Positions 57,428 to 64,000 of a stretch of 64,000 nucleotides of DNA are shown in pieces. This DNA is from Nitrospiraceae bacterium (GTDB lineage Bacteria > Nitrospirota > Nitrospiria > Nitrospirales > Nitrospiraceae). Location: the NCBI GenBank assembly GCA_046351095.1, contig JAXLZC010000001.1, forward strand, positions 2,793,574 to 2,857,573, read 5' to 3'. The first letter of the stretch is position 1. The number at the start of each line of letters is the position of its first letter. The translations under genes and the position numbers were made by a program. Below the pieces are notes generated by a model. The model saw only the letters and a program-made list of their open reading frames with translations, ran no database searches and had not been told where the DNA came from.

Positions 57428-58288
57428 TCAGCGCTGCTTCAAGTAGCGGAGAAACTCGGAGTCCGGCGTCAGCACAAGCGTCGTGTCTTTGGTGAGGCTC
57501 TTGCGGTAGGCCTCCATCGTACGCGTCAGTTCGAAAAATTTCGGATCTTGTTTGTAGGCCTGCGCGTAGGTCTTGAAGGCGAGCGCGTCGCCGTCGCCGC
57601 GTAAGAGCTCCGCGCTTTTGTATGCGTCCGCCAGTAAAATCTCCCGGTCGCGATCAGCTTCCGATTTAATCTTCTGCGATTCCTCCGCGCCTTCCGCGCG
57701 ATACTGCTTGGCTTGCCGTTCGCGCTCCGCCTGCATACGCCCGAACACATTTTTTTCGTTCTGCTCGGGAAGATCTGCGCGCTTGATACGTACGTCTTCA
57801 ATCGTAATGCCGTAGGACGAGGCCTTTTCGTTCGCGCGCTGCGTGACCAATTGCATGATCTCGGTGCGCGTCTGCGAGACGATTTCAGACAAGATGCGAC
57901 GTCCGACTTCTACGCGGAGTTCCGAGTAAATGATGTCGTCGAGGCGCCGCAGGGCGCCCGCCTGCGATTGAAAGGCCTGAAACACTTTCAGCGGGTCGGT
58001 GATCCGCCATTTGGCGAAGTTGTCGATGACGAGCGTTTTTTTGTCTTGTGTGATGACGTCTTGCGGGGCCGAGTCGTAGTCCAGCAGCCGTTTGTCGAAG
58101 TATGTGACTTCCTGGATGAACGGCGTTTTGAAATACAAACCTGCTTCGGTGATGGTCCGTACGGGTTTTCCGAGTTCGACGACGATGGCGCTCTGCGTCA
58201 CGTCGACCACGTAGAGCGGCGACGCACCGAACAGAAAGAGCAGCGCCACCACTACTACGAAGGTGGTCACCAGTCCTTTGCGACTCAT
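57428..58288 (-). CDS. hflC: protease modulator HflC (band-7/SPFH)
   Basis: N-terminal TM helix, SPFH domain, and pairing with hflK. Confidence 0.9.
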   Translation of the reverse strand: MSRKGLVTTFVVVVALLFLFGASPLYVVDVTQSAIVVELGKPVRTITEAGLYFKTPFIQEVTYFDKRLLDYDSAPQDVITQDKKTLVIDNFAKWRITDPLKVFQAFQSQAGALRRLDDIIYSELRVEVGRRILSEIVSQTRTEIMQLVTQRANEKASSYGITIEDVRIKRADLPEQNEKNVFGRMQAERERQAKQYRAEGAEESQKIKSEADRDREILLADAYKSAELLRGDGDALAFKTYAQAYKQDPKFFELTRTMEAYRKSLTKDTTLVLTPDSEFLRYLKQR

Positions 58289-59322
58289 TGGGCGGGTGCC
58301 TCGGCGGTTGCTGCGCGCGGGCCGCGCGAGAGACGGTCCAATGGCAAGTAGGGCTGCATCCGGTCGGCGACCTTGCCGTCCAAGATCACCTTATCGACGT
58401 TCGCCAGGACCTCTTCCATCGTCTCCACGTAGATACGTTTCGAGATGACGTCCTTTGCCTGGTCGTACTCTTTCAACGTTTTGAGGAAGCGCGAGGCTTC
58501 GCCCTCCGCGCGGGCGAGGCGCGCCTGCGCTTGGCCCTTCGCTTGGTTGATGATCTCGGCAGCCTGCCCCTTTGCGCGCGGGATGATGTCGTTGCGATAC
58601 CCCTGCGCTTGATTGATGAGGCGCTCGCGATCTTCCTTCGCGCTGGCCACGTCTTTGAACGCCGCCACCACGGCCGCCGGTGGATCGACATCCTGCAGCT
58701 GAATTGCCGCGATCTGCACGCCGGCGTTGTACCGATCCAAAATACCTTGCAGCAGCTCCTGCGTATTTTGCTGGATCTGCGCTTTCCCGGTCGTCAGCGC
58801 ATCGTCGATTTTCGTTTTGCCGATGACTTCGCGCATCGCCGCTTCCGCCGCTTCGCCCACCGTGTCGTCTACGTCCGCCACTTGGAAGAGGTATTTGCTG
58901 GCGTCGCTGATTTTGTATTGCACGATAAATTCGATGGCCAAAATATTTTCGTCGCCCGTCAGCATCAACGCTTCTCGGGGGACCATCACGGATTGGCCGC
59001 GCGGGTCCTTACGGAAGCCCACTTCGAGGCGGTGCAGTTTGGCGACTTTCGGATGAAGGACGTTTTCGACGAGCGGCAGTTTCAAATGCGGCCCTGGACC
59101 GACCGTGCGGACGACACTGCCGAAACGACGGACGACGCCCTCTTCGTCCGGTCCGACGATGAAGGCGCTTTGGAGCAGGATCAGGATGACCAACGCGATC
59201 AGCGCAAACGTGCCCAACCCGCGTTTCGGCATGAGGTCTTGAAATTGTGCGGAGGCACGACGAAGCGCTTCGTCGACTTGGTCGTCCTTCTTATTCCAGG
59301 GATCGTTGGGATTCCAGACCAT
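58285..59322 (-). CDS. hflK: protease modulator HflK (band-7/SPFH)
   Basis: SPFH domain. Its stop overlaps the hflC start. Confidence 0.9.
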   Translation of the reverse strand: MVWNPNDPWNKKDDQVDEALRRASAQFQDLMPKRGLGTFALIALVILILLQSAFIVGPDEEGVVRRFGSVVRTVGPGPHLKLPLVENVLHPKVAKLHRLEVGFRKDPRGQSVMVPREALMLTGDENILAIEFIVQYKISDASKYLFQVADVDDTVGEAAEAAMREVIGKTKIDDALTTGKAQIQQNTQELLQGILDRYNAGVQIAAIQLQDVDPPAAVVAAFKDVASAKEDRERLINQAQGYRNDIIPRAKGQAAEIINQAKGQAQARLARAEGEASRFLKTLKEYDQAKDVISKRIYVETMEEVLANVDKVILDGKVADRMQPYLPLDRLSRGPRAATAEAPAQ

Positions 59323-59461
59323 GCGGCCTACGACGGAGATCGGATGGAGCGCGTGAGAAATTCAGCCTAGCAGGTTTACCCAGGCAGCACAAGGACGAGG
59401 TCTGCGTGCCGGGATATAAAGATCATCCGTGTGCGGATTCGTGAGAAGACGGCTCTTGACT

Positions 59462-59479
59462 CATCAAAAAAAATTGATG
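59462..59479 (+). promoter_or_regulatory. candidate ArsR operator (CATCAA-A6-TTGATG) between a -35-like TTGACT and a -10-like TAGGGT
   Basis: Perfect 6-bp inverted repeat. TTGACT lies at 59456-59461. The arsR ATG at 59492 is close enough to suggest a leaderless or very short leader. Confidence 0.4.
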
Positions 59480-59491
59480 TAGGGTGACGGT

Positions 59492-59812
59492 ATGAAGCAG
59501 GCCATCCAGATTGATGCCGAACGTGCAGCCGAACTCTTCCATGCGCTGGCCGACCCGACGCGCATCGACATCCTCAACGAGTTGAGCGGCGGCGAGCGGT
59601 GTGTGTGTGAGCTCACCGAGTCGATGGATGCCGCGCAATCGCGCCTCTCGTTTCACTTAAAAGTCCTGAAGGACGCCGGGGTGATCGTCGATCGGCGCGA
59701 GGGGCGGTGGATGTATTACCGGATTGCGGCGCCCGCGGTCGAGGAATTGGATGCGATCATCGAATCGTTCCGCGCGATGCAGCGGACACGCGGCGGACGC
59801 GGCTGCTGCTGA
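59492..59812 (+). CDS. arsR: ArsR/SmtB-family metalloregulator
   Basis: LADPTRIDILNELSGGERCVCEL (wHTH with a CVC metal site). Confidence 0.85.
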   Translation: MKQAIQIDAERAAELFHALADPTRIDILNELSGGERCVCELTESMDAAQSRLSFHLKVLKDAGVIVDRREGRWMYYRIAAPAVEELDAIIESFRAMQRTRGGRGCC

Positions 59813-59837
59813 ACGGCTGATTTTTTTGTGGGCAATA

Positions 59838-59855
59838 GATCAAGAATTATTGATC
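59838..59855 (+). promoter_or_regulatory. second ATCAA-N6-TTGAT palindrome upstream of arsM
   Basis: gatcaa-gaatta-ttgatc shares the half-site core of the site at 59462-59479. Confidence 0.35.
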
Positions 59856-59892
59856 GACGATGTGTGACGGCGATTAAACAAGGAGGGACATC

Positions 59893-60747
59893 ATGGAATC
59901 GAGCGACATTAAACAATTTGTCCGGGAGAAATACGGCGAGGCGGCGAAGCGTGCGACTTCCGGCGGCAGTTCCTGTTGCGGCGCTGCGCCTGCGCTGGGC
60001 AACGTCGATCCCATCACCATGAATTTGTATTCTGACGGCGAAGCGGCCGCGCTTCCGGCGGATGCGGTGGCGGCGTCGTTGGGCTGCGGCAATCCGACGG
60101 CACTAGCCGAATTGAAGCCGGGCGAAACCGTGTTGGACCTCGGCTCGGGCGGCGGCATCGACGTGTTGTTATCCGCGCGCCGGGTGGGGCCGACGGGCAA
60201 AGCCTACGGGCTCGACATGACGGATGAAATGTTGGCGTTGGCTCGCAAGAATCAGCAGGCGGCGGGCCTAACCAACGTCGAATTTCTGAAGGGCGAGATT
60301 GAGCAGATTCCGTTGCCCAATGCATCGGTCGATGTCGTGATTTCCAACTGCGTGGTGAATCTCTCGGGCGACAAGCCCGCCGTGATCCGCGAGATCTTTC
60401 GTGTGCTGAAGCCGGGTGGGCGTGTGGCCGTGTCGGATGTGGTGGTGAACGGCGAAGTGCCGCCGGCCATTCGTCGCAGTATGGAGCTGTGGGCGGGGTG
60501 CGTCGCAGGCGCGCTCGACAAGGCGCAGTTTCAGGCGCTCCTTGAGCAGGCCGGATTCGACGCGGTCGACATCGAGCCGACGCGTATCTATACGGCGAAG
60601 GATGTGGAAGCGTTTATGGAAGGCACCGAGCTTGCCGGCACAGCAACGCATGTCGCCGCGCAAGTGGAGGGGAAAATCATGAGCGCGTTTGTGCGCGCCA
60701 CAAAACCGGCGCTGGTCGAGCAATCCTGTTGCGGCGGTTGTTGCTGA
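59893..60747 (+). CDS. arsM: arsenite S-adenosylmethionine methyltransferase
   Basis: [32 protein letters not shown] and [12 protein letters not shown] motifs. C-terminal CCGGCC. Confidence 0.9.
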   Translation: MESSDIKQFVREKYGEAAKRATSGGSSCCGAAPALGNVDPITMNLYSDGEAAALPADAVAASLGCGNPTALAELKPGETVLDLGSGGGIDVLLSARRVGPTGKAYGLDMTDEMLALARKNQQAAGLTNVEFLKGEIEQIPLPNASVDVVISNCVVNLSGDKPAVIREIFRVLKPGGRVAVSDVVVNGEVPPAIRRSMELWAGCVAGALDKAQFQALLEQAGFDAVDIEPTRIYTAKDVEAFMEGTELAGTATHVAAQVEGKIMSAFVRATKPALVEQSCCGGCC

Positions 60748-60748
60748 C

Positions 60749-61867
60749 ATGGAACTGGCGCAACCACCATCGATCCTTGCTGCCGGTGCCGCCGCGCCTC
60801 CGACCGAGAAGCGGCTGAACCTGTTCGAGCGCTATCTGTCGCTGTGGGTGGCCTTGTGTATGGTCGTCGGTGTGCTGTTGGGGCGAAGCGTGCCGAGCGT
60901 GATTCAGTGGTTGCGTGACGCGGAGTTCGGGCAGGGCAGTCACATCAACCTGCCCATCGCGATCCTCATTTGGTTGATGATCGTGCCGATGATGATGAAG
61001 GTGGAGTTCGCCGCCATCACACGTGTCGGCGAGCGACCGGCCGGGCTTGCCGTGACGTTGTTCGTGAATTGGGTGGTGAAGCCGTTTTCGATGGCATTCC
61101 TCGCGTGGCTCTTTTTCCGCTACTTCTTCGCCGGATGGATCGGCGCGGCGGAAGCGGATCAGTACATCGCCGGTGCGATCATTCTGGCGGCGGCGCCCTG
61201 TACCGCGATGGTGTTTGTGTGGAGTTATCTCACCGACGGCGACCCCGCCTACACGCTCGTCCAAGTGTCGGTGAACGATCTCATCATGCTCGTGTTGTTT
61301 GCGCCGTTGGTGGGGCTCTTGGTGAGCGGCGCGTCCGCGCTCACGATTCCGCTGGCCGTGCTCGTGTATTCCGTGCTCGCGTTTATCGTCATTCCGCTGG
61401 CGATGGGCGTCGTGCTGCGCCGTTGGCTGATCCAGCGGCACGGTCGGACCTGGTTCGAAGACGTGTGCCTGCCGCGCTTTGCTCCCGTGACCATCGGCGC
61501 GTTGCTGCTGACGCTCGTGCTGATCTTCGCCTTTCAGGCGGACAATCTCTTGGGTAAACCCGGGCATGTTGTGCTGATCGCCATTCCAATTTTGCTGCAA
61601 GTGTATCTGAACGCAGGGTTGGCGTATGGCCTCATGTGGTGGCTACAGGTGCCGCATGCCGTCGCGGCGCCCGGCGCGCTGATCGGTGCCAGTAACTTTT
61701 TCGAGCTGGCCGTGGCGACTGCGATCGCTTTGTTTGGCGCCGATTCCGGCGCGGCGCTCGCGACCGTGGTCGGGGTGCTGGTGGAAGTGCCGGTGATGTT
61801 GTCTGTGTGCCACGTGTGCAATCGCACGCGTGAGTGGTTCCCGGTGCAGGAAATTGCACGCGCATGA
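60749..61867 (+). CDS. acr3: ACR3-family arsenite efflux transporter
   Basis: ATG at 60749 (MELAQ...). LNLFERYLSLWVALCM, AAAPCTAMV and LIGASNFFELAVA motifs. Confidence 0.9.
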   Translation: MELAQPPSILAAGAAAPPTEKRLNLFERYLSLWVALCMVVGVLLGRSVPSVIQWLRDAEFGQGSHINLPIAILIWLMIVPMMMKVEFAAITRVGERPAGLAVTLFVNWVVKPFSMAFLAWLFFRYFFAGWIGAAEADQYIAGAIILAAAPCTAMVFVWSYLTDGDPAYTLVQVSVNDLIMLVLFAPLVGLLVSGASALTIPLAVLVYSVLAFIVIPLAMGVVLRRWLIQRHGRTWFEDVCLPRFAPVTIGALLLTLVLIFAFQADNLLGKPGHVVLIAIPILLQVYLNAGLAYGLMWWLQVPHAVAAPGALIGASNFFELAVATAIALFGADSGAALATVVGVLVEVPVMLSVCHVCNRTREWFPVQEIARA

Positions 61868-62292
61868 GTACGTCGACAAAACCGAGTGTCTTATTTCTCT
61901 GTACGGGGAATTCCGCAAGGAGCCAAATGGCCGAAGGCTGGTTGCGCCACCTGGCCGGCGAACGGTTCGACGTCTTCAGCGCCGGGACCCAGCCCGTGGG
62001 ACTGAATCCGGGATCCGTCGAGGCGATGCGCGAATGCGGCATCGATGTCTCGCAGCATCGTTCCAAACACGTCGATGAATTCGCTGGGCAAACCATGACC
62101 TATGTCGTGACGGTCTGCGATCGTGCGAAAGAAACGTGCCCGATCTGGCCTGGGCGTACGACGGTGATCCATTGGAGCTTCGACGATCCGGCCGGTGTGG
62201 CCGATGCCGAAGCGCGACGCGCGTCGTTCCGCCGCGTGCGAGACGAAATTCGCAGGAAGATCGAAGGGTGGTTGCAGTCCGTCGCTGGTTGA
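61864..62292 (+). CDS. arsC: arsenate reductase (LMW-PTP/thioredoxin-coupled type)
   Basis: ATG at 61864 overlaps the acr3 stop. P-loop VLFLCTGNSARSQMAEG and the downstream Cys pair region (VTVCD...CP). Confidence 0.9.
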   Translation: MSTSTKPSVLFLCTGNSARSQMAEGWLRHLAGERFDVFSAGTQPVGLNPGSVEAMRECGIDVSQHRSKHVDEFAGQTMTYVVTVCDRAKETCPIWPGRTTVIHWSFDDPAGVADAEARRASFRRVRDEIRRKIEGWLQSVAG

Positions 62293-62345
62293 GCGAGAGA
62301 AGTCAGCCGGGGTACGTGGTCCGGTCCGTTTCTGTGTGCGTAGCG

Positions 62346-62768
62346 TTATTTCTTCCGGGCGGTTGTACGACGTGTTGGACCAGAAGCGGGGGATGCGCGT
62401 CTGCTCGGCCGCTTCGACGTGGGTTTTGAAGTACGGCGTGTAGCTGCCGCCTCCTTCGCCGCAGCACAGGCGGCTTCCGCCCAACTCAGCAGCAGATCCT
62501 GTTGTTCGAGAATGTCGACAGGTACCTCGTAAAACGAACGCAACGTTTGCGTTGGACTCGGCCGGAACGGCTTCATGCCTTGGGCGACATATGTCGCACG
62601 CGTGTCGTCGGATACTTTGAAGTAGAGTCGGCCTTTGTGCACGATGCCGATGAAGCGATCGCGCACGTAGAGCCCGTGCCCGCCGAACATTCGTCGGCAG
62701 AGTAACCCGCGAAGATCCGCCAGTTGATCCGACACAAACTCCGCAAAGGCGTCTCGTGCCGTCGTCAT
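62346..62768 (-). CDS. TfoX N-terminal domain protein
   Basis: RRMFGGHGLYVRDRFIGIVHKGRLYFKV. Confidence 0.7.
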   Translation of the reverse strand: MTTARDAFAEFVSDQLADLRGLLCRRMFGGHGLYVRDRFIGIVHKGRLYFKVSDDTRATYVAQGMKPFRPSPTQTLRSFYEVPVDILEQQDLLLSWAEAACAAAKEAAATRRTSKPTSKRPSRRASPASGPTRRTTARKK

Positions 62769-62778
62769 CGTACGTCCC

Positions 62779-63636
62779 TTACCGTGGTTTCCGCGCTGCT
62801 ACCATACGGACTGCAATCGGGAACGTCACGCGGCCCTCGCGGAGAAACGGCGTAGTCGCTTGTTTGATACGCTGCTGCACATCCGTAGATTGTGCGGGCG
62901 TCAACCCGGCGATCAACTTTTGGATCGGCGCGGCGAGCTCCATGATGCTTGCGAGATATTCGTCCGGCGACGCATAGGACCACTCCGCAAAAAATTCCTG
63001 CTCGGTCGCGTCCGCGAGTCCCGCTTGCTGCAGCATGCCGACGAGATCGCCGGGCTTGGCGAGACGAAAGATGCCGGGGGCGGAGGGATCCGGCGCAGGA
63101 ACCTCGACCACCTGCTTCAACGCCCCCATCGCCAAACCGAGCGACGGATTTTTATCCGGCGCCGACCACACTGCCGCCGCGAGCCACGCACCTTGTTTCA
63201 AGACACGCGCGATCTCCGCTACCGCCTTCGGAATGTCCGGCAAAAACATGAGACAGAACCGACTGATGACCGCATCGACCGAGGCGGTCTCGAACGACAG
63301 CGCAGTCACATCGCCGGTGTGAAATGTGGCATTGGAAAGGCCAAGCTTCGTGGCTTTGCGACGCGCCACGTCCAACATCTGTGAGGCCAGGTCGATCCCT
63401 GTGACGGAGCCCGTCTGACCGACGACCTGTGCTGCGAGCAGCGCCGGATATCCTGTGCCCGAACCGAGATCCACCACACGCATCCCCGCGCGCACACGTG
63501 CGTCGCCGACGAGGCGATGGTTCAAGCACGCCATCTGTTGATCGAAAAACGGATCCCACTTTTCCCACCCGCTCGCGACCCGATTCCAATCCTGCCGCTG
63601 CGTCTCGATCACTTGCTCCGGCGTCGGCTGAGGCAT
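62779..63636 (-). CDS. class I SAM-dependent methyltransferase
   Basis: SAM motif I VVDLGSGTGYPAL and a Methyltransf_11-like layout. Confidence 0.8.
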   Translation of the reverse strand: MPQPTPEQVIETQRQDWNRVASGWEKWDPFFDQQMACLNHRLVGDARVRAGMRVVDLGSGTGYPALLAAQVVGQTGSVTGIDLASQMLDVARRKATKLGLSNATFHTGDVTALSFETASVDAVISRFCLMFLPDIPKAVAEIARVLKQGAWLAAAVWSAPDKNPSLGLAMGALKQVVEVPAPDPSAPGIFRLAKPGDLVGMLQQAGLADATEQEFFAEWSYASPDEYLASIMELAAPIQKLIAGLTPAQSTDVQQRIKQATTPFLREGRVTFPIAVRMVAARKPR

Positions 63637-63813
63637 CGTATGTCCTTTCTGCGTGGCGGTGGTTCAGTGCGTGTCGCCCCACGATACGAAAGCTCGTCCG
63701 CTCGATCAAGTGGTGCTTGTAGGGGACGCAACCCATGGGACGTTGTTCATCTGGATTTTTGACAGGCCATTTAGGCCGGTGTACTGTATGTGTAGCGCTT
63801 ACACATGGAGGGG

Positions 63814-64000
63814 ATGATGCCGACGAATCTTGCCATTGACGATGCGTTGCTTGAGCGCGCTCGGCGAATTGGGAAGTTGTCCACCAAAAAGGAAACGGTG
63901 ACGCAAGCGTTGCTTGAGTTTATACAGCGGAGACGACAGCGCGATATCCTCAAGTCGCTCGGGACTTTTCAGTTCAGAAAAGGCTGGGACCATAAGAAAG
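63814..64000 (+). CDS. VapB-like (RHH/DUF2191-type) type II antitoxin, 3'-truncated by the window end
   Basis: Absent from the ORF track because there is no stop in the window. GGAGGGG Shine-Dalgarno, then MMPTNLAIDDALLERARRIGKLSTKKETVTQALLEFIQRRRQ. Confidence 0.55.
   Translation, partial: MMPTNLAIDDALLERARRIGKLSTKKETVTQALLEFIQRRRQRDILKSLGTFQFRKGWDHKK

Overview
High-GC bacterial chromosomal window (about 60-70% GC by eye, outside one island). It looks like a Nitrospira-type nitrite oxidiser. A Tat-exported, periplasmic-type nitrite oxidoreductase pair nxrA-nxrB (20.6-25.4 kb) follows a CHASE3/GAF histidine kinase, an NtrC-type sigma54 activator and a good -24/-12 promoter. As sequenced, nxrB is broken by a 1-nt deletion in a C-run.

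Most of the roughly 60 genes are housekeeping:
- RNA and DNA processing: dus, maf, rlmN, rny-ymdB, xseAB, tlyA
- Metabolism: nadB, pabB plus a class IV aminotransferase, fhs
- Energy and membrane: an F0-only atpZ-B-E-F cluster, hflKC, a P-type ATPase, an MsbA-like ABC exporter
- Proteases and cell wall: an M16 protease pair, M23 and M43-like proteases, two lytic transglycosylases
- Cell division: zapB-zapA

There are two arsenic modules: arsM-arsS (arsenosugar type) at 9.1-11.4 kb and arsR-arsM-acr3-arsC at 59.5-62.3 kb.

The most unusual segment is a ~2.5-kb low-GC island (6.57-9.1 kb). It carries two minus-strand genes, a 310-aa orphan and a DUF2971-like protein, flanked by repeat-bearing non-coding DNA. 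I flag it as the best candidate for an uncharacterised (defence-like) two-gene system.

Other notable items:
- a 19-unit degenerate heptanucleotide (CAGCACT) tandem tract after nxrB
- an orphan DUF692/MNIO-DUF2063-like fusion protein with no visible precursor peptide
- an unlisted 31-aa bS22-like micro-gene
- a ~640-nt intergenic region with predicted helices after zapA

No rRNA, tRNA, CRISPR array, integrase or transposase was recognised. All family calls come from motif recognition by eye, not from searches.
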